64,000 bases of DNA from a virus, in the IMG/VR virus record IMGVR_UViG_3300050821_003720, positions 952 to 64,951 of that record. One strand, written 5' to 3'. A program made the position numbers and the translations under genes. Shown here in pieces: positions 19,156 through 28,200 of the stretch (positions are counted from its first letter, which is position 1; every line of letters begins with the position of its first letter). The notes beneath the pieces are model-generated. The model saw nothing but the letters and a program-made list of their open reading frames with translations. It did no database searches and had not been told where the DNA came from.

Positions 19156-20093
19156 AAAGAGCACTTGTGACCGGTTGTACTGGGCAAGATGGAAGTTATC
19201 TTTGTGAACTTCTATTAGAAAAAGGATATGAAGTTCATGGAATAATTCGTAGATCATCGAGCATCAATACAAATCGTATAGATCACATTTTTAGTGATTT
19301 ACATCTTCATTATGGGGATTTGACCGACTCTAACTCACTTCGAAACATTTTGACGTTATCAAAACCCGATGAAGTTTATAATTTGGGAGCACAGTCGCAT
19401 GTTCGTGTTTCATTTGAAATTCCTATTTATACTTCGATGGCAACTGGTTTAGGTGCTTTAAACTTGTTAGATGCAGTCAAGGATTATGGCAACGCTAAAT
19501 TTTATCAAGCCTCATCGAGTGAATTATTCGGTTCCGCACCTGCACCTCAGTTGGAATCGACACCTTTTCACCCAAGAAGTCCATACGGTATCGCTAAACA
19601 ATTTGCATATTGGAGTACGGTGAACTATCGTGAAGCTTATAATATGTATACTTGTAACGGGATTCTTTTTAATCATGAGTCGCCTCGTCGAGGTGATACG
19701 TTCGTCACGCAGAAAATAGTCAAAGCAGCCGTTCGAATAAAACGAGGGCAACAAGACAAATTATTTCTAGGTAATCTAGAAGCGAAACGAGATTGGGGAT
19801 ATGCTAAAGATTATGTAGAAGCAATGTGGTTAATGCTTCAACAAGATAAACCAGATGATTATGTAATAGCAACAGGTGAAACGCATACGGTGCGTGAATT
19901 TGCTGAAGAAGTATTTAGATTACTTGATTTACCTTGGATTTATGTGTACATCGATCCTAAATATTATCGTCCTGCTGAAGTAGATATTTTGCTTGGAGAT
20001 GCCTCAAAAGCAAAACGACAGTTAGGGTGGAATCCTAAAGTGAAATTCAAAGAACTTGTCAGAATCATGGTCAATGCGGAGTTAGCAAAATGA
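19152..20093 (+). CDS. gmd: GDP-mannose 4,6-dehydratase
   Basis: [36 protein letters not shown] ... [11 protein letters not shown]; near-collinear with GMD. Confidence 0.9.
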   Translation: MKRALVTGCTGQDGSYLCELLLEKGYEVHGIIRRSSSINTNRIDHIFSDLHLHYGDLTDSNSLRNILTLSKPDEVYNLGAQSHVRVSFEIPIYTSMATGLGALNLLDAVKDYGNAKFYQASSSELFGSAPAPQLESTPFHPRSPYGIAKQFAYWSTVNYREAYNMYTCNGILFNHESPRRGDTFVTQKIVKAAVRIKRGQQDKLFLGNLEAKRDWGYAKDYVEAMWLMLQQDKPDDYVIATGETHTVREFAEEVFRLLDLPWIYVYIDPKYYRPAEVDILLGDASKAKRQLGWNPKVKFKELVRIMVNAELAK

Positions 20094-20674
20094 CAGCCCA
20101 AGAATTGATCGACTTCGAGAAAGAGATAGCCAATCTATATAACCAGAAGAAAATTCCAGCCGTGATTCATCTAGCGAGTGGCGGCGAGGAAGAACTTATC
20201 AATATCTTTAAGGAAATTAAACGAAACGATTGGGTACTCGGTAGTTGGCGGTCACACTATCATTGCCTTTTGAAGGGTGTTCCACGAGAACAATTAAAAC
20301 AGAGCATCATTGACGGACACTCAATCGCCTTATGTTTTCCTGAGTATCGTATATTATGCTCTGGTATTTTTGGCGGCGTGCTTCCGATTGCTGTTGGATT
20401 AGCTATGGGAATTAAACGAACTGGAGAACGTTCTACAGTACATTGTTTTATGGGGGACATGACAGCTGAAAGTGGTATAGCTTACGAGTGTGTACAATAC
20501 TCACAAGGTCATGAACTTCCTATACGGTTTTATGTCGAAGATAACGGTTTATCGGTTTGTACTAAAACTCAAGATGTGTGGGGAACATCTTGGGATACGG
20601 CATTGGTAAAAAGATACTCATATGAACCGGGACGCTACCCGCACGCCGGTTCTGGAGTAAGGGTGCCATTTTAA
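20090..20674 (+). CDS. TPP-dependent dehydrogenase E1 alpha-like subunit (short form)
   Basis: HLASGGEE ... [11 protein letters not shown] and [34 protein letters not shown] resemble the E1-alpha TPP-binding region. Confidence 0.5.
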   Translation: MTAQELIDFEKEIANLYNQKKIPAVIHLASGGEEELINIFKEIKRNDWVLGSWRSHYHCLLKGVPREQLKQSIIDGHSIALCFPEYRILCSGIFGGVLPIAVGLAMGIKRTGERSTVHCFMGDMTAESGIAYECVQYSQGHELPIRFYVEDNGLSVCTKTQDVWGTSWDTALVKRYSYEPGRYPHAGSGVRVPF

Positions 20675-21210
20675 TGAGATACCAAGAAGCTTTAACTCAG
20701 GCCATGAATTATCTGGGTCAAGATCAACGGACAATCTTTATCGGTCAAGCTGTGGCGGTCCCAGGAACAATAATGTCCCCTACATTAGTCACCGTTCCTG
20801 CTGAAAAGAAAATTGAATTACCCGTGGCCGAAGAGATGCAGATGGGGATGTCTCTAGGCTTAGCCTTGAATAAATTTATTCCAGTTTCTATTTATCCGAG
20901 ATGGAACTTTATGCTTCTGGCAATAGGACAGCTTGTTAATCACCTGGATAAGATCAAGGAAATGTCAAGTGGTGGATATAAACCAAAGGTGATCATCCGT
21001 ACCGGAATCGGAGCTAAGAAGCCTGTAAACCCGCAGTGTCAGCATTTAGGAGACTTTACAGAGGCTTTCCGGATGATGCTGACTAATATCCAGGTAATCC
21101 GACTAGACGAGCCTGAGGACGTTCTACCAGCTTATCAGAGGGCACTGCAACGGGAAGATGGGAAGAGTACAATCTTGGTAGAGTGGGGAGATTTCTATCA
21201 TGAGAAATAA
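20674..21210 (+). CDS. TPP-dependent enzyme E1 beta/transketolase pyrimidine-domain-like subunit (short form)
   Basis: Adjacent to and coupled with the E1-alpha-like gene. GQDQRTIFIGQAV ... is a weak E1-beta-like pattern. Confidence 0.4.
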   Translation: MRYQEALTQAMNYLGQDQRTIFIGQAVAVPGTIMSPTLVTVPAEKKIELPVAEEMQMGMSLGLALNKFIPVSIYPRWNFMLLAIGQLVNHLDKIKEMSSGGYKPKVIIRTGIGAKKPVNPQCQHLGDFTEAFRMMLTNIQVIRLDEPEDVLPAYQRALQREDGKSTILVEWGDFYHEK

Positions 21211-22198
21211 AATGAGTCTAACTAACTGCGATGCTTTTGATGTTGCGCACTCTGTGGATTTCAGTTCTCTTGATGGAGCAAGAGTAACGATTTCTGGTGT
21301 GACTGGTTTGTTAGGTACGCATTTTCTGGCGTCATTATGCTTAGCTAAAGAAATCTACAATCTTAATTTAGATGTTGTAGGAGTCTGCCACTCAAAACCT
21401 GCAGATTATACTACAGCTTTGGCTGAGCGTGGAAGTTTTAAACTACAATCATATGCTCCACGAAAATCTGATTTGATAATTCATGCAGCAGGATACGCTC
21501 AGCCATCTGTTTTTCTTGCTAACCCGGCTGAAACAATCAAACTTAATACTGAATTAACACACGATCTTTTGCAGAGTTTAGAAAAAAGTGGCAGATTTTT
21601 ATTTATTAGTTCCAGCGAAGTTTATAGCGGACTGACTGGCGTGGTTGATGAGTCGCAAATCGGATTAACAAATCCTTATCACCCCCGGTCCTGCTACATC
21701 GAGGGCAAGCGCTGCGGAGAAGCCATTTGTAATGCATATTATCAGGCTGGAGTGAAAGCTAAATCAGCTAGACTATCCTTAGCTTATGGACCAGGAACTA
21801 GACGTGATGATAAACGAGCCATGAGTCAATTTATTAATCAGGCTCTATCGACGGGTATAATTAGCATGAATTATTTAGGAAGAGAGCAGCGTACGTTTTG
21901 TTATATAAGAGACGCTATAGAAACTTTGTGGCAAATTTGTTTACACGGCAAAGAACAAGTATATAATGTTGGTTCTCCTATGACGGCTAGTATGTTTGAT
22001 GTGGTTCGATTGATAGCTAAGATAACTGGAGCCAAAGTTTTAATTCATCATGAAGCTGAAGAACTTGTTGGTTCTCCTGAGGGTACGGTGATGGATATCA
22101 GTTTAGCGGAAAAAGAATTCAGTAAGGGTTCTTACATAAGTTTAGAGCAGGGTTTAATACGTACAATCAAGTGGCATGAGGCTCTTTATGCCGTTTAA
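21200..22198 (+). CDS. NAD-dependent sugar epimerase/reductase (SDR; candidate GDP-4-keto-6-deoxymannose epimerase/reductase)
   Basis: Rossmann GVTGLLGTHF and YxxxK (YIEGKRCGE). Confidence 0.7.
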   Translation: MRNKMSLTNCDAFDVAHSVDFSSLDGARVTISGVTGLLGTHFLASLCLAKEIYNLNLDVVGVCHSKPADYTTALAERGSFKLQSYAPRKSDLIIHAAGYAQPSVFLANPAETIKLNTELTHDLLQSLEKSGRFLFISSSEVYSGLTGVVDESQIGLTNPYHPRSCYIEGKRCGEAICNAYYQAGVKAKSARLSLAYGPGTRRDDKRAMSQFINQALSTGIISMNYLGREQRTFCYIRDAIETLWQICLHGKEQVYNVGSPMTASMFDVVRLIAKITGAKVLIHHEAEELVGSPEGTVMDISLAEKEFSKGSYISLEQGLIRTIKWHEALYAV

Positions 22199-22736
22199 AA
22201 TTGTTGAAGAATATTTCCAGGGCGAAGTTAAAGTCATCTCGTCTCAGCCAGTCTTGGAAGACAAGAGAGGATTTTTCGGTGTAGAATATCGTTCAGACGA
22301 ATTCTGGAGACTAGGTTTGCCTTCGTCCTTCGTCCAAGACAACCGTTCATCATCTGTTAAAGGAACCATCCGAGGGTTACATTTTCAACCCGAGATGGGA
22401 AAGTTGATGAAGGTTACTAAGGGCATAGCGTGGTTTGTCTCTGTAGACCTACGGCAATCGTCACCGACATTTTTAGATTGGCAAAGTACGTTAGTGTCGG
22501 CTGAGAATCGTGTACAGGTTTGGGCACCGTGGTATTTTGCTCGTGGTTTCGCCGCTTTGACGGATATCGAAATAGAGTACAAATGCACACAGTTATTCGA
22601 TCCGGCTAAAGACTACGGAATTTGTTGGAATGATAAATTTATAGACGTAAGATGGCCTATTAAGCATCCGATTGTTTCTGTAAAAGACGATAACGGTCCA
22701 ACTGTTCTTCAATTTAGGGAGAAATTGCCTCGATGA
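22188..22736 (+). CDS. RmlC-like cupin sugar-nucleotide 3,5-epimerase
   Basis: FFGVEYRSDEF ... KGTIRGLHFQ ... KLMKVTKGIAWFVSVDLR. Confidence 0.65.
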   Translation: MPFKIVEEYFQGEVKVISSQPVLEDKRGFFGVEYRSDEFWRLGLPSSFVQDNRSSSVKGTIRGLHFQPEMGKLMKVTKGIAWFVSVDLRQSSPTFLDWQSTLVSAENRVQVWAPWYFARGFAALTDIEIEYKCTQLFDPAKDYGICWNDKFIDVRWPIKHPIVSVKDDNGPTVLQFREKLPR

Positions 22737-23902
22737 GAAAAATTACTTTAGGTTATTTGAACATCAGTAAACAAGGAAAGCGCTATGTAAATGAGGCTCT
22801 TAATGAAAACCGACTTAGTCGGGGACGGTTCACGGATCGTTTTGAACAAGATTTCGCTCAATTACATCAAGTTAAACATGCTTTGTTCTGTAACAGTGGA
22901 ACATCGGCTTTACAAATCGCTTTAGCTGCATTGAAAGAAGTCTATGGATACAAAGATGGCGACGAGGTGATCGTTCCGGCCACGACATTTATCGCTACGT
23001 CAAATATAGTTCTCCAGAATAATCTTAAGCCAGTCTTCGTAGATGTCGATCCTGAAACCTATAATATCGATCCATATAAAATTTCCAAAGCTATCACTGA
23101 TCGAACTCGGTGTATCCTACCGGTTCACTTGTTTGGTTTGCCAGCAGATATGTACAACATAATGATTCAAGCTAAGTCTCATGGATTGCAAGTTCTTGAG
23201 GATTCTTGCGAAACTATGTTTGCATCTCAGAACAGTAAATCCGTTGGAAGTTTTGGAGACTTAGCTTGTTTCAGTACTTATGTTGCTCATTTGATTGTCG
23301 GTGGAGTCGGCGGCATTGTGACTACATCGAATGCTAAACTATACGACATATGCCGCAGCCTAATGAATCATGGTCGCAGCACAGACTACATCACAATAGA
23401 CGATGATGATAATCCTGCGGATATTTCAGACATGGTTGAACGTCGATATCAATTCGACCGAGTGGGTTACTCTTATAGAGCAACAGAATTGGAAGCAGCT
23501 ATCGCTCTATCTGAATTAGAAAATTATGAAATAAATATCAACCGACGCAGAAAAAATGCCACGCTGTTAACTAATCTTCTTAAAGACGTAAATTGGTTAC
23601 AACTTCCAAAAATTCCAAACAACATGACGCACTCTTTTATGATGTATCCGATAGTCGTTAAGTCTCATACAAAGACACGAAACGATTTTCTTATTTACCT
23701 AGAACGAAATGGAGTCGAGACGAGATACATGTTTCCTCTGTTGAGTCAACCCGTTTATCAGAAATTGTTTCCACGTGAGGAATCTAAACACTATCAAGCA
23801 GAGGGATTGGCTGAAAGAGGATTCTTTATCGGTATTCATCAAGGCTTGACAGACGAAGATATTCAGTATGTAGCTAAGGTGATCAAGGATTATCAGAAAT
23901 GA
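22733..23902 (+). CDS. DegT/DnrJ/EryC1-family PLP-dependent sugar aminotransferase (or 3-dehydratase)
   Basis: FCNSGTSALQIALAAL and the overall DegT fold pattern. Confidence 0.85.
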   Translation: MRKITLGYLNISKQGKRYVNEALNENRLSRGRFTDRFEQDFAQLHQVKHALFCNSGTSALQIALAALKEVYGYKDGDEVIVPATTFIATSNIVLQNNLKPVFVDVDPETYNIDPYKISKAITDRTRCILPVHLFGLPADMYNIMIQAKSHGLQVLEDSCETMFASQNSKSVGSFGDLACFSTYVAHLIVGGVGGIVTTSNAKLYDICRSLMNHGRSTDYITIDDDDNPADISDMVERRYQFDRVGYSYRATELEAAIALSELENYEININRRRKNATLLTNLLKDVNWLQLPKIPNNMTHSFMMYPIVVKSHTKTRNDFLIYLERNGVETRYMFPLLSQPVYQKLFPREESKHYQAEGLAERGFFIGIHQGLTDEDIQYVAKVIKDYQK

Positions 23903-24606
23903 AAACCTTGATAGCTGTTTTGTCTTACGACGGAGACGCAGGCAACGGTAGTCATGACGTTATCCGAGAAACGTGGGGCAAAGATGTCGCAGCAGCTGGT
24001 GCCGAATTACGTTTCTTTGTTGGTCGGCGTGGACCGGAGTTCTGTCCTAAGCGAGACGAAACCTGCATTCCGTGGCAACAGAATAGAACATGCAATCATC
24101 CATTTTTTCATTCACAAGAAGGATGTTGTGAAGATTTCTGGCAATTCTTGACTAAAGAAATTATCCGATGGGGTTTAAATCGAGCTTACGACTTTACATT
24201 TTTGTGTGAAAATGATACATTCCTGATACCACAAAAGTTGATGCAGTCAGGATTTGAAAAGTTCGATTTCTGTGGATCATTCCGTCCTGTGGGAATTCCC
24301 CTAGGAACCAAAACTCCGTATGAAATTTACGGACATCCTCTCTATGCTTGGCCTGATCCTGGGGTTGGTTATTTTGTTTCTGAAAAAGCAGCACGAGTAA
24401 TATCTAATGCTAGACTCGATCATTGGTCTGTTGGTATGTATGCTGGTCAAGTCTTAGGACCCGGTATAGAGCTAGGTGAAATTAAAGCGATGAATTTTCC
24501 CGAAGATATCTCATGGCACTATCGAGAAGTCAAGGGAAAGGGCTACACAACTCCGCTTCGTGAAGGGCATCAGTGGATGCGGGAGATGTACCGAAATGCA
24601 AAATGA
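23899..24606 (+). CDS. GT31/Fringe-like GT-A glycosyltransferase, paralog 2
   Basis: YDFTFLCENDTF. Paralogous to 17699..18403 and 26204..26866. Shares a C-terminal WHY..QWMREM motif with paralog 1. Confidence 0.6.
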   Translation: MKTLIAVLSYDGDAGNGSHDVIRETWGKDVAAAGAELRFFVGRRGPEFCPKRDETCIPWQQNRTCNHPFFHSQEGCCEDFWQFLTKEIIRWGLNRAYDFTFLCENDTFLIPQKLMQSGFEKFDFCGSFRPVGIPLGTKTPYEIYGHPLYAWPDPGVGYFVSEKAARVISNARLDHWSVGMYAGQVLGPGIELGEIKAMNFPEDISWHYREVKGKGYTTPLREGHQWMREMYRNAK

Positions 24607-25438
24607 CGCTGGATATACACCTGTTATCTACGCTAACTATGATGTTAAGTTGCCTAATCTGAATTGGCAATGCTCTGTTTCTGTAGACATTTTTAATTTC
24701 TCTGATACGACTCCTTATAAAGTGTTCTGGCAGATGGAACCTGATGAAATTATACCCGGCACTGAAGAGAAACTGATCAAGAATCATAAATTTTATGATC
24801 TGATTTTGACTTGGAATCACATGGTACTGAGCGAATGCGGTAACGCTCGATTCTTTGCTCCAGGTTCGGTATGGACTCAGGAAGCCGATGTAAGTCAGAA
24901 GAAATTCGCCATATCTTATTTGACAAGTTCTAAGACCGGTTGTCCTGGCTATGAGTTGCGGCACAGAATATTCAGAGGACTTCCGCCGTCCATCAATAGA
25001 ATTCCAATAACGAAACATCAATCACCGCCATATCTTCTTAATAAACGAGAAATGTTGGTACCATTCCAATATACTATCGTGATTGAAAATGCTTACCGGC
25101 ACAATTACTTTACTGAGAAATTGTTAGATGCATTTGCAACTAAGACGATTCCGATTTATTGGGGTTGCCCTCGATCCTTTGATAAGGATGGAGTAGGCGA
25201 ATTTTTTAATACGGACGGCGTGATAGCCATTAAAGATTATAAAGACCTTTTTCAAGTTATCGCTTCATTGACACCAGACTTCTACCAATCTCGACAAACT
25301 GTGATAGAAGAAAACTATAAAAAGAGCTTGACATATGTAGATAGAACTGGTAATCTAGTCAAAGCGATCAATGCTTCGTGGACTCCCACGATCATGAGGG
25401 TCCATAGCGGAGAACCGAATGTCGCTCCCGAAAGTTAG
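24596..25438 (+). CDS. GT10 alpha-1,3(/4)-fucosyltransferase
   Basis: FQYTIVIENAYRHNYFTEKL matches the GT10 FxxxFENSxxxxYxTEK motif. Start set at ATG 24596; the track ORF starts at 24560. Confidence 0.8.
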   Translation: MQNDAGYTPVIYANYDVKLPNLNWQCSVSVDIFNFSDTTPYKVFWQMEPDEIIPGTEEKLIKNHKFYDLILTWNHMVLSECGNARFFAPGSVWTQEADVSQKKFAISYLTSSKTGCPGYELRHRIFRGLPPSINRIPITKHQSPPYLLNKREMLVPFQYTIVIENAYRHNYFTEKLLDAFATKTIPIYWGCPRSFDKDGVGEFFNTDGVIAIKDYKDLFQVIASLTPDFYQSRQTVIEENYKKSLTYVDRTGNLVKAINASWTPTIMRVHSGEPNVAPES

Positions 25439-26207
25439 CCTCGTTTGTCCGACTTATAATCGGGCACGCTACATGCCTATAGTTCTGAGATGTTTTACTC
25501 AACAGACTTACTCAAATGTAGAATTGATTATTGTGGACGATGGCGAACAAACTTTATCCCTGCCAGCAGATGATCGCATTAAATATTATAAACTGGAAAA
25601 AAGAACACCCACCGGCACAAAAAGAAATATCGGAGCGGATATAGCCACTGGAGAAATCGTGGCGAATTTGGATGATGATGATTGGAGTTCGCCACATAGG
25701 ATTGAGGAACAAGTTGAACGTCTTGCTTTTACCGGTAAAGCTGTCACAGGCTATAATGTTACAATTTCTTATGATGAAGCAACTGGATTGTTTTATAGGA
25801 ATCAAGGTGGACCACCTTATTTAGCATCCGGTACAAGTCAATGTTATTTGAAGTCGTGGTGGGAAAAACACCCATTTCTAGATGTAACTTATGGAGAAGA
25901 TAGCGTATTCGCTAGAGAAGCGAGATTAGCTGATCAGTTAGCTATTGCGGACCCTGGTAAAATGATGGTCGCCAGAAAACATGCTAACAATACCGATTAT
26001 GTACAAATTAAATGGCTCAAATCGTGGTCAAGAGAAAATATAGCTCTAGAATTTTTCAAGGCTATTCATAACCCTAGACCATCTTTAGACTACATATGGG
26101 AAAAACACGATTGTACTCGTGAGTGTGCTATCGATGCTGAATCTCGTTTCAGAGCACCTATCGTAGAATATAAGACACAGTGGATTCCGGAGATTAAAAC
26201 CCAATGA
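25419..26207 (+). CDS. GT2 glycosyltransferase
   Basis: VSLVCPTYNRARY ... ELIIVDDG ... DDDD. Confidence 0.8.
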   Translation: MSLPKVSLVCPTYNRARYMPIVLRCFTQQTYSNVELIIVDDGEQTLSLPADDRIKYYKLEKRTPTGTKRNIGADIATGEIVANLDDDDWSSPHRIEEQVERLAFTGKAVTGYNVTISYDEATGLFYRNQGGPPYLASGTSQCYLKSWWEKHPFLDVTYGEDSVFAREARLADQLAIADPGKMMVARKHANNTDYVQIKWLKSWSRENIALEFFKAIHNPRPSLDYIWEKHDCTRECAIDAESRFRAPIVEYKTQWIPEIKTQ

Positions 26208-26866
26208 AGATTTTAATAGCTATTGAAAGCTGTGCAGCAAATAGAAACTTGCATCAGGCTATGCTTGACACGTGGCTTGGTGCTTTGTCTATTATGGACG
26301 TAGATTGTCGTTTCTTCATTGGCGGATTGAGTGAGCCTAAAAATCATCTTGAAGTATGGGTTCCTTGTTTAGACACGTATGATAATTTAGCTGTTAAGAC
26401 CAGAGGAATTTGTCGATGGGCTGCAGCTAACAATTATGATTTTCTTTTCAAATGTGACACAGACACGGTCGCTAATCCAAAGCGTCTCCTAGAAAGTGGA
26501 TTCGAATCGTTTTATTATATGGGCGCATTTAATGAAGACATTCTTCCAGTAAGTTTGAATAGCACTCTACCTCAATTTAAAGGTCAGAAGATTCAATTTG
26601 CTAGCGGTGGAGCTGGTTATTGGTTAAATCAGCGAGCTATGATTACCGTCGCAAACGGCTTAGTCGCATCGTCTCCGGCTGAAGATGTCTATGTAGCTGG
26701 AGTGTTACATCAAAATATGCGTCCTGTTTGGAACGAAGGTTATCGCTGGCGACCAGGATCGAAGATTAAAGGTGCCACGACTTTTCACCTATCTAGCGCC
26801 CTTCAAGTGAAATACCGTCCGGAATTGATGTATGAATATTATCAAAAAATAATGCTTGACAAATAA
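26204..26866 (+). CDS. GT31/Fringe-like GT-A glycosyltransferase, paralog 3
   Basis: YDFLFKCDTDTV ... GGAGYW. N-terminus MKILIAIESC is parallel to the other paralogs. Confidence 0.55.
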   Translation: MKILIAIESCAANRNLHQAMLDTWLGALSIMDVDCRFFIGGLSEPKNHLEVWVPCLDTYDNLAVKTRGICRWAAANNYDFLFKCDTDTVANPKRLLESGFESFYYMGAFNEDILPVSLNSTLPQFKGQKIQFASGGAGYWLNQRAMITVANGLVASSPAEDVYVAGVLHQNMRPVWNEGYRWRPGSKIKGATTFHLSSALQVKYRPELMYEYYQKIMLDK

Positions 26867-26884
26867 ACCCAAGTTTGCTATTCT
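26856..26884 (+). promoter_or_regulatory. sigma70-like promoter, member of a repeated family (AATAATGC-TTGACA-17nt-TATTCT)
   Basis: TTGACA at 26856-26861, a 17 nt spacer and TATTCT at 26879-26884. SD GTGAGG and an ATG at 26902 lie downstream. Confidence 0.5.
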
Positions 26885-26901
26885 AGAAAAGTGAGGTCGT
26901 G

Positions 26902-27072
26902 ATGGCTAGACTGACAGTTAACTTAAAAGACGTGACCGTTTCCGATATGCGTCGAAACTTAGCTCGTGTTTTGTCAAAGATGGACGGCTCGTTAATGGTT
27001 GAACAAGCTTCTTTTTCAGTGGAAATTCTGTTTCCAAAACGGAAACTCCCTAATTTTCCTAAGGGCGATTAA
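26902..27072 (+). CDS. small hypothetical protein (56 aa)
   Basis: SD GTGAGG with 5 nt spacing. TAATG overlap with the next small ORF. Confidence 0.35.
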   Translation: MARLTVNLKDVTVSDMRRNLARVLSKMDGSLMVEQASFSVEILFPKRKLPNFPKGD

Positions 27073-27251
27073 TGAAACGATACGTCATAATTGATCATTT
27101 AATAGATACCACAGAAGGAACATCTAAACTGGAACTCGAAATTGAGGCGTATGCTAATCGTGGTTTTAGGGTTCATACTTTTAATAATTACAGATCAGCT
27201 GGTCATTGTGGAAGAGTTCATGCATTCGTTTTATTGGAGATCGATAAATGA
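27072..27251 (+). CDS. small hypothetical protein (59 aa)
   Basis: MKRYVIIDHLIDTTEG... Coupled on both sides by TAATG/ATGA overlaps. Confidence 0.3.
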   Translation: MKRYVIIDHLIDTTEGTSKLELEIEAYANRGFRVHTFNNYRSAGHCGRVHAFVLLEIDK

Positions 27252-27424
27252 AAGATGAACGTACAGGACAGAAAAAGCCATCTTATCAAAGAAAGAATCC
27301 ACGTAGCAATGATTTGTACATTGAACGAAAACAAGCACGAAATCAGGCTAGACCAAAGCAACAATTTCTAGGTATCGATCCTCAAACTGGATTAGGACTA
27401 GGGTGGACTCGTGCGGCTAATTAA
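27248..27424 (+). CDS. small basic hypothetical protein (58 aa)
   Basis: MKDERTGQKKPSYQRKNPRS...; coupled ORF. Confidence 0.3.
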   Translation: MKDERTGQKKPSYQRKNPRSNDLYIERKQARNQARPKQQFLGIDPQTGLGLGWTRAAN

Positions 27425-27722
27425 CAAGGATTTGGAACGAGCCTTTCGTAAATTCAACAAAGATTATTTTAACGATGAACTTCCCCCCGTGACGATTAAA
27501 TTTGATACCGACAAAGAATTAGACGTGGAGACTTACGGAGAGTTTACCGTCGACGGAGAAATTCTAATCAACGAATGTCTCCGAGAGATTCCAGAGTATT
27601 GCTTTATAGTCGTCTTGCATGAGATGTCACACGTGAAGCATCCGATGAATAGCCACGGGATCGCTCACAAAGCAGTCTTGTTTGATTTGTTTATGCAGGG
27701 AGCATATGATCCATATCTTTAA
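27411..27722 (+). CDS. SprT-like zinc metalloprotease domain protein
   Basis: LERAFRKFNKDYF N-terminus and VVLHEMSHVKHPMNSHGIAH (HExxH...H). Confidence 0.6.
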   Translation: MRLINKDLERAFRKFNKDYFNDELPPVTIKFDTDKELDVETYGEFTVDGEILINECLREIPEYCFIVVLHEMSHVKHPMNSHGIAHKAVLFDLFMQGAYDPYL

Positions 27723-27984
27723 ACTTCTGTTTGCATTTTTGATAGTCTTATTTTGGATTTTATTTATAGTAGCTTTGAGTGCCGCACCAGCTAAGATGTT
27801 AACTTTGCCACTGGATTGCCGCCAGTCTAGCATTCAAGCTGGCGTTCCTGTCCGAAGAAACAGTGACGGTCGAATTACCAAGGTGGATGTTTGCGGAGCA
27901 GCCGATTCAGGAGACGATACATTTCGAGATATTCCCTATCAGGCGCAGTGTGAACAATTCGACACAGGACAAATTTGCCGATGA
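27706..27984 (+). CDS. small membrane protein (N-terminal TM helix)
   Basis: MIHIFKLLFAFLIVLFWILFIVALSAA hydrophobic stretch. Confidence 0.35.
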   Translation: MIHIFKLLFAFLIVLFWILFIVALSAAPAKMLTLPLDCRQSSIQAGVPVRRNSDGRITKVDVCGAADSGDDTFRDIPYQAQCEQFDTGQICR

Positions 27985-28199
27985 TACTACCTAATGGAAA
28001 AGAAACTATGTCAGTTGGCGACCTTCGAAAAGTTTTAGAAGGCCTAGACGACAATCTACCCGTCGAAATTTTCCCAGAAATAACATGCTGTTGTGACGGC
28101 CCTCACGGTTATTATGTACCGAAAGCGAAGGTCCATCCAGATTCGGGAATAAGTTCCAAGGCACTTAATATTTATCTAGGAGAAGGATACCGGTTATAA
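27975..28199 (+). CDS. hypothetical protein
   Basis: 74 aa ORF. Confidence 0.35.
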   Translation: MPMILPNGKETMSVGDLRKVLEGLDDNLPVEIFPEITCCCDGPHGYYVPKAKVHPDSGISSKALNIYLGEGYRL

Positions 28200-28200
28200 A

